Assembly: GCA_964520195.1 (NCBI GenBank)
Contig: CAZFNX010000001.1
Coordinates: 34,421-98,420 of the forward strand
DNA length: 64,000 nucleotides
Direction of reading: 5' to 3'
Source of the DNA: an uncultured Candidatus Saccharibacteria bacterium
GTDB taxonomy: Bacteria > Patescibacteriota > Minisyncoccia > Phycocordibacterales > CAIZLB01
The notes below the pieces were generated by a model, which made no database searches, was not told the origin of the DNA, and saw nothing but the letters and a program-made list of their open reading frames with translations. Below, one piece after another: positions 48,343 through 59,196 of the stretch (position 1 is its first letter; each line of letters opens with the position of its first letter). A program made the position numbers and the translations under genes.

Positions 48343-48392
48343 AAAAATAAAAACACCAGCAGTCCATCACTAATGCTGGTGTTTTTATTTTT
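48343..48392 (+). repeat. Capped hairpin/terminator, core AGTCCATCACTAAT (48361-48374)
   Basis: 18-bp stem aaaaataaaaacaccagc/gctggtgtttttattttt. Confidence 0.9.
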
Positions 48393-48428
48393 TTCGTTCA
48401 TCAAACCTCTTGCTTTAGAGTACGGTGA

Positions 48429-49037
48429 CTATCGACGAAACTTCATTGCCTCTCTTAGTGTATCGCTATCAGCATACTCAAGCTCTCCACCTGTAGAAAG
48501 TCCACGTCCTAGAGTACTTACAGTAACGTTTGGATACTTTTTTTGAACATATTCACGGAGAATACGGGCAGTATAGTCTCCATCTGAGGTGGCGTTTGTT
48601 GCAAGTATGATCTCGGTTAAACCTTTCGTAAGAAGGGAATCAATGCGTGTATACATTTCAAGTACATGTACATATTCTTCTATATGTTCTGCAAAGAGTG
48701 GTATGTATCGTCCAAGTACATAGTAGTTACCTTGGTGCATCATGGTTTTTTCAAATACATCCACATCTGAGTCGTGGGCAACTATAAGTAGTGTTTTAGG
48801 ATCTCGTTGCTTACGACAAATAGAACAAGTAGAAAGGGTATCTGGTTTTGAATATGTGTCTATATATCTTCTGTTGCATAGAGAACATGTTGTCACATGG
48901 TTGTGAACTTGAAGAATTGCCGCCATCAACTCTCTTCTGTATACATCACTGCTGTGCATAATAAAAGAGACAAACCGTTTTGCTTGACGTGGTCCTATGC
49001 CTGGAAATTTTTTAAATAATTCTATAAGTTGGTCCAT
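48429..49037 (-). CDS. recR: Recombination mediator RecR
   Basis: FPGIGPRQAKR, C4 zinc finger, EIILATN..GDYT, GLSTGGELEYAD. Confidence 0.95.
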   Translation of the reverse strand: MDQLIELFKKFPGIGPRQAKRFVSFIMHSSDVYRRELMAAILQVHNHVTTCSLCNRRYIDTYSKPDTLSTCSICRKQRDPKTLLIVAHDSDVDVFEKTMMHQGNYYVLGRYIPLFAEHIEEYVHVLEMYTRIDSLLTKGLTEIILATNATSDGDYTARILREYVQKKYPNVTVSTLGRGLSTGGELEYADSDTLREAMKFRR

Positions 49038-49045
49038 GTGTGTGT

Positions 49046-50470
49046 TTACATATGATCTGCAAAGTCACCAAACTCACCGTGTTTTTTATCAAGAGTAACA
49101 AAGCATGAATGTTTATCATCAAACTTAAGACTGATGCTACCTGTCGGTCCGTTTCTGTGTTTCTCAATAAGAAGTTCTGCAATATTATCGCGTTCGTTGT
49201 GATCTTTGTATTTATCTTCTCGATGGATAAACATAACAATATCTGCATCCTGTTCAATAGAACCAGAATCTCGAAGGTCTGATAGACGAGGTTTACCTTG
49301 TCTTTGTTCTACTGCTCGAGAAAGCTGTGATAGGGCAATAACAGGGACATCAAGTTCACGAGCGAGTAGTTTGAGTGATCGAGAGATCTCTGTCATTTGC
49401 TGAACCACGTTGTCTGAGTTTCGACTCTGAGTTGGACTCATAAGTTGGAGATAGTCTACGACAATGAGACCAAGACCTTTGTCTGATTTTATTTTTCGTG
49501 CAGTACTTCGCATCTTTACAATGTTTGTACCAGGTTGATCGTCGATATATATAGGAGCTCGAGAAAGTTCACTGATACCGTGTTGCAGTCTGTCATACTC
49601 CTCTGAGTTATTGAGGTTGAGTTTACCGGTACGAAGTTTCCATGCATCTACCCGTGAGTGTGATGCAATCATACGATACAAGAGTTGTTGAGCACTCATT
49701 TCTAGGGAAAATATAAGCACCGGTGTGTTATGGTGTACTGCTGAGTTTCTAGCAATATCAAGAGCTAGAGATGTTTTTCCACAAGCTGGTCGAGCAGCAA
49801 GAATAATAAGATCTGATTTTTGTAGACCTGAAAGTTTTTGATCAAGATCTGTAAAACCAGTTGGAACTCCTCGTAGGTCTCCAGTACTGTTATGGAGTTT
49901 ATCGATCTGCTCCCATGCCTCGATTAATCCATGTTTAATGTCAGTAATAGTATTTCTAGTCTTTTTTTGTGTTACTCCAAATATCTCTTTCTCTGCCTGA
50001 TCAAGAATCTCTTCAAGATCTCCAGACTCTGCATAACTTATACTTGCAACTTTTTCAGATGCATAAATAAGTTTTCTCATCATGTATTTCTTTTCAAGAA
50101 TACGTGCGTAATACTCAATGTTACTTGCCGATGGAACAACTTGTACTAACTCAGCAAGATAGTGTGCGCCACCAACTTGTTCAAGTGAGCCCATTTCATC
50201 AAGAGTATTTTTTAGAGAAAGATAATCAACAGGATCTCCTTTGCCAAGCAGAGTAGAGATACCTGTATAAATAGTTTTATGCTTGTCGCTATAGAAATGC
50301 TCTATATCAACAATATCACTGATCTCCGCATATGCATCAGGACGAAGCATAATAGAACCCAGAACAGCTTGCTCAGCTTCAATACTATATGGAGGCAGCT
50401 TAAGATTGAAAGCGTCACCAGAGGTTGTCTTTTGCTGTTTGTAGTTAGTAGTATGATTACCTGCAGCCAT
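49046..50470 (-). CDS. dnaB: Replicative DNA helicase
   Basis: AEQAVLG, AARPACGKT, VDYLQL, LSQLSR, LRDSGSIEQDAD; no intein seen. Confidence 0.97.
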   Translation of the reverse strand: MAAGNHTTNYKQQKTTSGDAFNLKLPPYSIEAEQAVLGSIMLRPDAYAEISDIVDIEHFYSDKHKTIYTGISTLLGKGDPVDYLSLKNTLDEMGSLEQVGGAHYLAELVQVVPSASNIEYYARILEKKYMMRKLIYASEKVASISYAESGDLEEILDQAEKEIFGVTQKKTRNTITDIKHGLIEAWEQIDKLHNSTGDLRGVPTGFTDLDQKLSGLQKSDLIILAARPACGKTSLALDIARNSAVHHNTPVLIFSLEMSAQQLLYRMIASHSRVDAWKLRTGKLNLNNSEEYDRLQHGISELSRAPIYIDDQPGTNIVKMRSTARKIKSDKGLGLIVVDYLQLMSPTQSRNSDNVVQQMTEISRSLKLLARELDVPVIALSQLSRAVEQRQGKPRLSDLRDSGSIEQDADIVMFIHREDKYKDHNERDNIAELLIEKHRNGPTGSISLKFDDKHSCFVTLDKKHGEFGDFADHM

Positions 50471-50513
50471 AATATCCTTAATTGTACTTATTTTTATCTA
50501 GGTGTGTAGGCGT

Positions 50514-50987
50514 CTATATCATCACATAACACATATATAGAGCTATCCATAGGATAACTGAAAGAAGGGCAGTATATCGAAGCTCTTTATGATGTTCTAC
50601 AAAGGTATTTGACAAATGTTCATGCTTCTCCTGATACCTATACAAAATCTTGATTTGATAATATTTTTGTGTTGTTACAGTAAAGAGTAGGCAGGCTGAA
50701 ATAATAGTAGTAAGTGCTCCAAATCCATACATAAAACTGTTATATGTATTGACATTGTCTGTCATGATTAAGAAGAACACGTATCCTATTTGAATAAGGA
50801 AAATAATAAGTGATGAAATGAAACTATATGAAAGGACTCTGTTAATCACTTTTTTCTCAATACCTCGAATATGTTTTGTTTTCTCTACAATGATAATAAA
50901 TACATCCGCAATCAATGATGATGCAAGACCGATAGCAAGTGCTATTTGATGAAAAAGATAAAGTATAAAAAGAGTAAGCATGTACAT
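50514..50987 (-). CDS. Four-TM hypothetical membrane protein
   Basis: Hydrophobic segments; start may be the second ATG. Confidence 0.65.
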   Translation of the reverse strand: MYMLTLFILYLFHQIALAIGLASSLIADVFIIIVEKTKHIRGIEKKVINRVLSYSFISSLIIFLIQIGYVFFLIMTDNVNTYNSFMYGFGALTTIISACLLFTVTTQKYYQIKILYRYQEKHEHLSNTFVEHHKELRYTALLSVILWIALYMCYVMI

Positions 50988-51042
50988 ATTGTAGCATGGA
51001 GAAATAAGTAGGGTAAATATCTTTCAGTTTTTTATCTGAATA

Positions 51043-51969
51043 TTACCTCTGCAACCACACATAAATATCTTCCAAGGCTTTCACTGCGTCACCACATGCA
51101 ATGTTGTTTTGATGATAGAGTCCATCTGTACAGTCTCCAGCTGCCCATATACCAAGAACTGATGTTCTCTGTGTTCGAGGATCTACTTTGATGTTTCCAG
51201 ATGGTGTCGTGTCAACAATATTTTTAACATAACTTGTATTCGGTTCTTGTCCTATTTCAACAAAAATACCTTCGACGTTCATCTTTTTTTGTACACCAGC
51301 TTGGGTATATGTCACACTCTCTACAAACTGTGTTCCATGTATCTCATCAATGGCTGCATTGATAACGAGTTCAATATTTGCTTTTTTCTTAACACTCTCA
51401 AGGGTTATCTCATCACCTCGGAATGTTTCTGTTCTATTAAAAATATATACTTTTTTACAGTACGCTGAAAGTTGTAATGCACTTTCAAGTCCTGCATTAC
51501 CTCCGCCAACAACGATAACATCTTGCTCTGCAAAAAATGGTCCATCACATGAGGCACAATAGGTAAGTCCTTTGTGTTCAAATGTATCAGCTCCAATAGC
51601 TTGAAGTTTTCTTCGAATACTTCCTGTTGTAACAAGAACTGTTTTTGTTTCTATGTATTCAACTTCGCTACCTTTTTTCTGTATATGGACCAGAAAAGAA
51701 TCAGTGCCTTGTTGCACGTCTATCACACGAGTTTTATCTCGAATCTCAAGCACTGTGCCTGCATACTCTCGAGCATGAGCTTCTAGATTTTGGGCAAGTT
51801 GAGCGCCGCTTATATGAGGTGTTCCTATCCAGTTTTGAATATCTTCTGATACAATACTTTGACCTCCAAAACTATCGGTTACAAGTACACTTTGTATTTT
51901 TTTTCGAGCAGCGTATACAGCTGCCGAAACACCAGCAGGACCTCCACCTAATATAACAAGATCAACCAT
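51043..51969 (-). CDS. trxB: Thioredoxin reductase (TrxB/AhpF-like)
   Basis: GGGPAG, CASCDG, VGGGNAG, AAGD. Confidence 0.9.
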   Translation of the reverse strand: MVDLVILGGGPAGVSAAVYAARKKIQSVLVTDSFGGQSIVSEDIQNWIGTPHISGAQLAQNLEAHAREYAGTVLEIRDKTRVIDVQQGTDSFLVHIQKKGSEVEYIETKTVLVTTGSIRRKLQAIGADTFEHKGLTYCASCDGPFFAEQDVIVVGGGNAGLESALQLSAYCKKVYIFNRTETFRGDEITLESVKKKANIELVINAAIDEIHGTQFVESVTYTQAGVQKKMNVEGIFVEIGQEPNTSYVKNIVDTTPSGNIKVDPRTQRTSVLGIWAAGDCTDGLYHQNNIACGDAVKALEDIYVWLQR

Positions 51970-52025
51970 ATATAAATATTTTTTTATTACGTTAATAAAT
52001 AAATCCTAAAGAGCGGTTCGGTATA

Positions 52026-53267
52026 CTATCTTCCTTTTGATCGTCGGAGAAATGCAGGAACAGCATTCCAGTCATCTTCAATACTATCTGGAGCTGGTTT
52101 CATAACATTTGATGAACTTACTGTATCGTCAACAACTTCTTCAACAGAAGATGCTTGATTATTTGATTCATCTTTACTAAACATACCACCTAGAGAGTTA
52201 AAAATTTTTCCTGTTTTTGATGGTGCTGCAACAGAGTCGTTTTGATGAGCAACACTGTCTTGTACCATACTGTCTCTATCTCGGAAAATATTTCGAACAG
52301 CTGTAAGTTTATCAGGGAAGTTTGCTGCAATAACTGTAACTTGAATCTCATTTTTCTTAAGTTTTTCATCTCGAATAGTACCAAAGATAATCTTAGCATC
52401 TGGATCAACAGACTCTGTGATGACTCGAGCAGCTTCTGTGATCTCAAACATAGTAAGATCGTCATTACCAGCAATAGAGAAGAGAACTCCTTTTGCTCCA
52501 TGTATAGAAACATCGATAAGTGGTGATGAGATAGCGGCTTTTGCAGCTTCTGTTGCTCGGTTTTCACCACTTGCAGTACCAATACCCATAAGGGCAGATC
52601 CTGCATTTTCAAGAACTGCGCGGATGTCGGCAAAGTCAATGTTTCCAACTTGTCCCGGAGTTGTGATAAGTTGTGAAATACCCTCTACAGCCTGCTTAAG
52701 AACCTCATCAGACATTGCAAAAGCTTCTTTTGCAGTAGTGTCTTTTGAAATAGCTCCAAGGAGTTTGTCGTTAGGAACAACAATAAGTGCGTCTACAGAT
52801 TTTGAAAGTTCTGTAAGTCCTTCTTCTGCAAGTCGCATACGTCTTTGACCTTCAAACATGAAAGGTTTTGTCACAACACCAATAGTAAGTGCACCCATTT
52901 CTTTTGCAATCTTAGCAACAACAGGTCCTGCTCCTGTACAAGTTCCACCACCAAGTCCTCCTGCAACAAAAACCATGTCTGCATTTTTAAGAGCTTCTTG
53001 TACTTCCGCTCGAGTTTCTTCTGCAGCATTTTTACCAACTTCAGGATTCATACCAGCACCTAGACCTTTTGTTAGGTTTTTACCAATGTGAATTTTTCGC
53101 GGGGCGAGAGAATTTTGTAGATCTTGCGAGTCAGTATTGATAGCGAGAAAATCAACACCTCTAACTTTGGCGTTAATCATGTGGTTTGTGGCGTTTTTAC
53201 CAGAACCTCCTACTCCGATAACTTGAATTCTTGCAAATGATTCTACTTCAGTTTTTATGTGAGCCAT
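52026..53267 (-). CDS. ftsZ: Cell division protein FtsZ
   Basis: GLGGGTCTG, IDFAD, C-terminal VPAFLRR. Confidence 0.97.
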   Translation of the reverse strand: MAHIKTEVESFARIQVIGVGGSGKNATNHMINAKVRGVDFLAINTDSQDLQNSLAPRKIHIGKNLTKGLGAGMNPEVGKNAAEETRAEVQEALKNADMVFVAGGLGGGTCTGAGPVVAKIAKEMGALTIGVVTKPFMFEGQRRMRLAEEGLTELSKSVDALIVVPNDKLLGAISKDTTAKEAFAMSDEVLKQAVEGISQLITTPGQVGNIDFADIRAVLENAGSALMGIGTASGENRATEAAKAAISSPLIDVSIHGAKGVLFSIAGNDDLTMFEITEAARVITESVDPDAKIIFGTIRDEKLKKNEIQVTVIAANFPDKLTAVRNIFRDRDSMVQDSVAHQNDSVAAPSKTGKIFNSLGGMFSKDESNNQASSVEEVVDDTVSSSNVMKPAPDSIEDDWNAVPAFLRRSKGR

Positions 53268-53354
53268 GCAAAGAATAGTACCACAAAGTTACATAAATGA
53301 TAGTTTGAAGCCTTGCACACAGTGTGTTCTAGTTTTTATATCAAGGGTATATGT

Positions 53355-54650
53355 CTAAGGTAAAAACTGTTTAAACCATTCTAGTATACGGCCAAATGTT
53401 GAATATTCATCATGTAGGCCATGAGGTCTGTATAAGTGCTCCTCTTCGTGTTGGGTGAGATAATATAAGCCTGTTGTATATGCTGAAAGACAATCTACGT
53501 GCTGTATAGCTTGTTCTGATTGCTTGTGTTTACACACCTGTTTAAAAATATCAAGCTCCGGTACAACTTGAACTGGTAAATGAAGTATTTCTTTAGCTAT
53601 GACAGTTACATCGTTGATACGTCCACCTGCACCGTGGATAATAATTCCTGCAGGAAGTAATCTGTCTTTTTTTATCTTTCGTACATGTTGTTGGATAAGT
53701 TCAAAAATATCAATCAGACGTGCGTACACAATCTCATGATATCTCTCTTCAAGACTAAGATAGAGAGCTTTCTCTCTCTGATCTCGTTTGATGGCGACGT
53801 TTTGTTTCTTGATAAGAACTTCAGTAAGTTCTCCTGCAAGGTGTTGTAAACCTTTTGTTGGGTTAAGTTTGATATGTTCTGCTTGTTGCAAAGAAACTTT
53901 TAATCCAAGGGCTAGATCTTTTGTAATATCTTGTGATCCAATAGGGAATACATCAAGGAGTAATGGTATCCCTTCATCATATGTAATAGCTGTAGTCGTA
54001 TCTGCGCCAATATTTACAACACAAACTCCGGCCAATCTATCTGCTTCCTTAACTTGTTTTTTTGTAAATGCATACTCAGAAACTATCACGTCTTCAACTT
54101 TAAGATCCGCCTCCTCACACGCACAGAGTATTGTATCAAGATGTTGTTTCTGGACGTAGATACATAGTGCTCGAATATCTACAATATGTCCTTTCAGTTG
54201 TTGAGGGTGTAATGTCGAAATCTTTCTCCCGTCAATACGAAACTCTTGTGGAATAGTATGTACGATTTTTTTATTTTGAATAATATTATCAGGAATTCGT
54301 TGTTCAGCTTTTATATGTAGTTCTTGAACGAGTTGCTCTGTAATAAGCCCGAGTTTGTGTTTATTTTCGGTTTCAGCTCTACTTGAAATACTACCCAGAC
54401 TCATACCAGAAAGAGAAATAACAACTTTATCAATATTTCCAAGATAGATCTTATGAATTTGAGAAATAGCAAGACGAATACTCTGAGTCAATGCATCAAC
54501 GTCCGTTGCTACACCTCGTTTTATATAATCAATATCAACAGTAGATACAGCAACTACTTTATGCTCGTTTTGGTTTTCAAGTACAACAAGACGTAGTGAT
54601 TTTGTTCCGATATCTAGAACTGTGACGTGATGTGCCTCTTGTTTCTTCAT
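53355..54650 (-). CDS. ftsA: Cell division protein FtsA
   Basis: LDIGT, VNIGADTT, ITKDLA..AEHIK, LLPAGIIIHGAG; upstream of ftsZ. Confidence 0.9.
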   Translation of the reverse strand: MKKQEAHHVTVLDIGTKSLRLVVLENQNEHKVVAVSTVDIDYIKRGVATDVDALTQSIRLAISQIHKIYLGNIDKVVISLSGMSLGSISSRAETENKHKLGLITEQLVQELHIKAEQRIPDNIIQNKKIVHTIPQEFRIDGRKISTLHPQQLKGHIVDIRALCIYVQKQHLDTILCACEEADLKVEDVIVSEYAFTKKQVKEADRLAGVCVVNIGADTTTAITYDEGIPLLLDVFPIGSQDITKDLALGLKVSLQQAEHIKLNPTKGLQHLAGELTEVLIKKQNVAIKRDQREKALYLSLEERYHEIVYARLIDIFELIQQHVRKIKKDRLLPAGIIIHGAGGRINDVTVIAKEILHLPVQVVPELDIFKQVCKHKQSEQAIQHVDCLSAYTTGLYYLTQHEEEHLYRPHGLHDEYSTFGRILEWFKQFLP

Positions 54651-54655
54651 ATATA

Positions 54656-55096
54656 CTACTTAGTATACCTGTAAGGATAGAGTATGTGAAGTCTACGAGT
54701 GTATTTTTTTTCCAATGTATCCATATGTTCACCGTGATCATGTCCAAGAAGATGTATCATACCGTGTACAAGTACATATTCAAGATATTCTTTTTGAGTA
54801 ATATGAAATACTTTTGCTTTTTTTTCTATCATGTCGAAGCAGAGATATATTTCTCCAACACCACTGTTAACGTCTGTGTCAATAGGGAAGCTAAGTATGT
54901 CTGTAGGTTTGTCAATATTTCGATACTCAAGGTTTATTTTCCTCATTGCATCTTGTCCAACACATATAACAGAGAGCTCATACTTCTTCTTGAGGATTGT
55001 GTCTTTGGCACGTGACAAAAAAGCACCGTCCATAGGCGGTACTTTTTTTGTCGTGTAGGTAACTGTAAGATTGTGTGTGTCTAACAGTACGGCCAT
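54656..55096 (-). CDS. ybeY: rRNA maturation RNase YbeY
   Basis: N..YR..DKPTDILSF, HGMIHLLGHDH. Confidence 0.95.
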   Translation of the reverse strand: MAVLLDTHNLTVTYTTKKVPPMDGAFLSRAKDTILKKKYELSVICVGQDAMRKINLEYRNIDKPTDILSFPIDTDVNSGVGEIYLCFDMIEKKAKVFHITQKEYLEYVLVHGMIHLLGHDHGEHMDTLEKKYTRRLHILYPYRYTK

Positions 55097-55097
55097 A

Positions 55098-55340
55098 TTA
55101 TTTACTTTTTTGTGTATTGAAAAACTTTCCTAGTTTGATATCTGCAAGTCGAGCCTCGTTGTTTTTGATCTTTTTAAGAGTCGCCATCTTAGTTTTGTAT
55201 GCTGAAAGACCTCTTTCTGCGTATCGTTTAGCTCGTACTTTATTAAGACCTCCCCAAGTTTGTATTTCCTTAGTGAATCTTCGAAGTATTGAAGATGCAG
55301 ATTCGTTTGCTTTTTTAGATATGATAACGTTTAATGACAT
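55098..55340 (-). CDS. rpsU: 30S ribosomal protein S21-like
   Basis: V..K.NES...LRRFTK..GL..VR.KRY; basic, 80 aa. Confidence 0.7.
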   Translation of the reverse strand: MSLNVIISKKANESASSILRRFTKEIQTWGGLNKVRAKRYAERGLSAYKTKMATLKKIKNNEARLADIKLGKFFNTQKSK

Positions 55341-55441
55341 GCGGTACATTGTAGCATAAAAGGGAAAAGAGGGCAAATGTCATAATTATATATTTATTTA
55401 AGATATATACATGAGTGTTATGTTTACGATATACTTACATC

Positions 55442-57379
55442 ATGGCCTACTCTCATCATAAAACCCTTAAAAGCATACTTATTCTATTTTTTGCTATGTT
55501 TGGAGTTTTGATTGCAATGTCTGCTGTCTATGTGTTGTACGGTACATCATCATCTGGACCAACTATTGGGCAAATATTTAATGCGAATGCACCTGTGTCA
55601 GATTCAAATCCAACACAATCTTCATATCCGTGTTGGCATGTTGATAATGTCGCAACTACAACTGATGATCATGGTGTATATACTACAGGCCTCAGACTGT
55701 TTGTTCAGCAAGTCTATGATAAACCTGATGCATCGAGTACGTGTCCTGCAACATTTCCAGTTATCTCATACATAGAGGATGGTGTAGTTTCTTCTGGTGT
55801 ATATGCAGGGTATCATCGTGTAATAGGATTCCGTACATGGGATGGACCGTATGGTGATATACCAACTCCATATTTTTTTATTACTAAAGATTATAAGACA
55901 TATAAGATTGTAACTCATCCTTTAACACAAGAGCCTCTTGGGTATGGGAAAACTGTAGCGTCTCATCTTGCTGCGTTTCAGGCTATAGTTGATGCACGTA
56001 AGGTTACAGGATTGGCGGATGATATCAAGGATAAGATTAATTTTTCATTCGCTCATACTCTCCCTATGGGATCATTGACATATGTCTTGACACGGATTAA
56101 CACGGAGCTTGGTACATCATCAGCTCTTTTAGGTACAACATCACAAGGTTATGAAATATACAGTGATGTGCTGGACTCTAGTAAAAGTTTTGGCACATAT
56201 GCGTCATCAAGTGACGCTGCTATATTTGCGCGTTTGCGTGATTATTATGTTGGTACAACAAAGATATACGTACGTAATACATCTGGTATAGTTGCTGAAT
56301 ACAAACTCACACTTCCGACTAAAAAAATACTTCCTCGTGATGCCTATGCGTACCCTAGTTTGTTATATGCAGAAGATATTAAAACAAAAGAGTCTATATT
56401 TGATGAATATAATCAGGTGACTCCAACTCCATGTGGTATGAGTCCTGATATGTATGTAGCTCAAAACATTGCAGATGCTGATGTTAGAAAGATAGGAACA
56501 CATACTACAGGATTACAGTTGTATACATTTACAGATGTAAATCATCCTATACTGACCGCTGAGTATAAAGAAAAGATTAGTCAATACGATAAGACTATAT
56601 TTGGAGAGTTAAATAACAATGCTCCAATACCAACATATGCAGAGTACGTAGCAAAACATCCAGTACTCTTGTTTAAAGATGCATGGAATCGATGGGTGGT
56701 AGTGGGTGAGTATGATTATAAACTTGATGGTGGTTGTGGAAAGCCTGTTATATATCTATATCCAAAAACAACTACAAATGTTCGGGTGAATTTTAAACAT
56801 GTAGTACAGCTCACTACAGATATTCCAGAATATTCATACGGTATGTTTACAGGATGGTCAGTACAAGCAGAGCCTGATGGAACATTGCATGATGTGTCTA
56901 TTGAAGCTCAGGATAAGGATGTGTGTGATCAATACAAAAAATCTCACCCTGGAAGTGAATATGCATTAGATGCATGTAAGCAAAATGAGTATCCGTATAT
57001 ATATTGGGCAGGAAATACATTTGAAACATATCCAAGTATGAAAGAAGGGTTTGTGGTTCGTGCAAAAAATCTTAAAAAGACATTGGAAGAGAAACTTACA
57101 CAGATTGGGTTGACTGATTCAGAGATTAACGACATGGTCTCATATTGGTATCCAGAAATGATGCAAAAAAATGCTCCATTTTATAGAATTTCTTTTATGC
57201 AAACTCAGGCACTCAATACGTTTATACCAATGAATATTATTCCTCGTCCGGATACTATGATTCGTGTATTTTTGGATTGGGAACCGCTTCGAGAATCTAT
57301 TCCGTTGGCACCACAACAACTTGTCAAGACTCCTCGTCAAGGGTTTACATATGTTGAGTGGGGAGGACTTAGACGATAG
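55442..57379 (+). CDS. Membrane-anchored hypothetical protein with C-terminal KPVIYLYP domain
   Basis: N-terminal TM; GCGKPVIYLYP, YPYIYW, P.PDT.IRVF, RQGFTYVEWGG. Confidence 0.8.
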   Translation: MAYSHHKTLKSILILFFAMFGVLIAMSAVYVLYGTSSSGPTIGQIFNANAPVSDSNPTQSSYPCWHVDNVATTTDDHGVYTTGLRLFVQQVYDKPDASSTCPATFPVISYIEDGVVSSGVYAGYHRVIGFRTWDGPYGDIPTPYFFITKDYKTYKIVTHPLTQEPLGYGKTVASHLAAFQAIVDARKVTGLADDIKDKINFSFAHTLPMGSLTYVLTRINTELGTSSALLGTTSQGYEIYSDVLDSSKSFGTYASSSDAAIFARLRDYYVGTTKIYVRNTSGIVAEYKLTLPTKKILPRDAYAYPSLLYAEDIKTKESIFDEYNQVTPTPCGMSPDMYVAQNIADADVRKIGTHTTGLQLYTFTDVNHPILTAEYKEKISQYDKTIFGELNNNAPIPTYAEYVAKHPVLLFKDAWNRWVVVGEYDYKLDGGCGKPVIYLYPKTTTNVRVNFKHVVQLTTDIPEYSYGMFTGWSVQAEPDGTLHDVSIEAQDKDVCDQYKKSHPGSEYALDACKQNEYPYIYWAGNTFETYPSMKEGFVVRAKNLKKTLEEKLTQIGLTDSEINDMVSYWYPEMMQKNAPFYRISFMQTQALNTFIPMNIIPRPDTMIRVFLDWEPLRESIPLAPQQLVKTPRQGFTYVEWGGLRR

Positions 57380-57427
57380 ATGAATGGTTGTGTAACTATA
57401 TGTGTAGATATACGTTATATACAGTAT

Positions 57428-59155
57428 ATGTTTCAGAAAACTAAAAGACTATTTGAGCCAACACTGCATACGAAAAAAGCTTCTCTTAAGGCAATGATAG
57501 AGGCTGCTGTTGGATATGTAAATTATGACACATTGCCTATATTTGTTATTCCATATCTTATCTCTCTTCTTGAAAAACAATTATATCACTATGCGCTTAT
57601 TGTTTGTGCTATAACTTTTACTGGACATTGTTTTTTTTGGTTTTTAAATTATTTGATACGTGTTTGGGATATGTCAGCAAAATATGAGATGAATGCATAC
57701 ATAGAAAAAAAGTATCGTAAGCAAATACTCTTAAAAGATCATAAAGCTTTCGATCTTATTGGTACCGGTAAGGTTCAATCAATTGTGCAAAAAGGTGTAG
57801 ATGAGTGGTCTGAGTTGAATTGGCAGGTAATATATCAGATTCCTAAACTATGTGTTGGAATAGCTTCTGGAATCTATGTCATGTTTAAGTTTGATACTGT
57901 TTATCTTGTTGCTTTTATTGGACTTATGCTTGTTTCATTTTCTTTGTATACGTATTTAAAAATATTAAAGAAGGTATATAAAGAAAAGTCTAATAACGTT
58001 GATGATAGTATGAATGCAACATCTGTACGAAGTATTATGTCAAGACAAGAAGTTGTGTTTTCCGGTAAAGTTGATATAGAGGTTGATAACTTTATTGCAC
58101 TTAATAATCAAAGTAAGATTTTTAGTTTACAAGCTGAAAAACCTGATTATCTTGCAGATGTAATCCTTGAAGCATCAGGACCGGTTATTTCTTTTATATT
58201 TGTAGGTTGTATATTGTGGCAACATATATCTACTAATAGTTTATCTACTCTTGATATTGCATCGCTTATATTTCTGATATATTTTGCTACACGATTCGTG
58301 GCTCTTATGTATAACACGTCGTGGATTATTTCAAACATTCTTGATCGTCTACCAAAAATAGAAGCGTTTTGGAAATTCTTGGATACTACACCAAATCTTG
58401 AGCAATATGAAAAAGGTGATATATTTGTTCAGAAAAATATTTCCATAGAACTCAAAGATGTGTTCTTTTCATATGGTGAGAAAAAAGTTTTAGATAATTT
58501 TTCATTACACATTCCTTATGGAAAAAAGATTGCATTAGTTGGAAAAAGTGGTTCAGGAAAAACTACCATTGCAAAACTTATTACAGGATATATGTATGTT
58601 GATAGTGGCACGATTCTTATTGATGAACAAGATATACGAGATGTTTCTTTAAAATCCTACTACACCCATATTGGGTATCTAACTCAGGAACCTATGATAT
58701 TTGATGGTTCTGTAAAAGAAAACTTACTGTATGCAGTGGAAGATATTTCACATATAACAGACGAGATGTTGTGGAGTGTATTAAAGGCTGCACAGTGTGA
58801 TTTTGTAACAGATCTCAATACACAAATAGGAGAGAAGGGTATACGTCTTTCTGGTGGCGAACGACAACGATTAGCTATTGCAAAACTCATGCTTAAAAAT
58901 CCAGAGATTGTTATTTTAGATGAGCCCACCTCAGCACTGGATTCGTTTTCAGAGGAGAAGATTACTCAAGCGCTTGATGTGTTGTTTACAGGAAGAACGG
59001 TGATTATTATTGCTCATAGGCTACAGACCATTAAAAAAGCTGACACTATTCTTGTGATTGAGGAGGGGAAGATTATAGAAGAGGGAAAGCATGACGTGTT
59101 GATGAATAAGAAGGGGACGTACTATAAAATGGTGGAGTTGCAGAGTGGATTTTAG
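57428..59155 (+). CDS. ABC exporter (fused permease/ATPase)
   Basis: TM domain; GKSGSGKT, LSGGERQR, LDEPTSALD, IAHRL. Confidence 0.93.
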   Translation: MFQKTKRLFEPTLHTKKASLKAMIEAAVGYVNYDTLPIFVIPYLISLLEKQLYHYALIVCAITFTGHCFFWFLNYLIRVWDMSAKYEMNAYIEKKYRKQILLKDHKAFDLIGTGKVQSIVQKGVDEWSELNWQVIYQIPKLCVGIASGIYVMFKFDTVYLVAFIGLMLVSFSLYTYLKILKKVYKEKSNNVDDSMNATSVRSIMSRQEVVFSGKVDIEVDNFIALNNQSKIFSLQAEKPDYLADVILEASGPVISFIFVGCILWQHISTNSLSTLDIASLIFLIYFATRFVALMYNTSWIISNILDRLPKIEAFWKFLDTTPNLEQYEKGDIFVQKNISIELKDVFFSYGEKKVLDNFSLHIPYGKKIALVGKSGSGKTTIAKLITGYMYVDSGTILIDEQDIRDVSLKSYYTHIGYLTQEPMIFDGSVKENLLYAVEDISHITDEMLWSVLKAAQCDFVTDLNTQIGEKGIRLSGGERQRLAIAKLMLKNPEIVILDEPTSALDSFSEEKITQALDVLFTGRTVIIIAHRLQTIKKADTILVIEEGKIIEEGKHDVLMNKKGTYYKMVELQSGF

Positions 59156-59196
59156 GAGGCTTTGTTGCACTTGTGATAAACTTAGGATTATTAATT

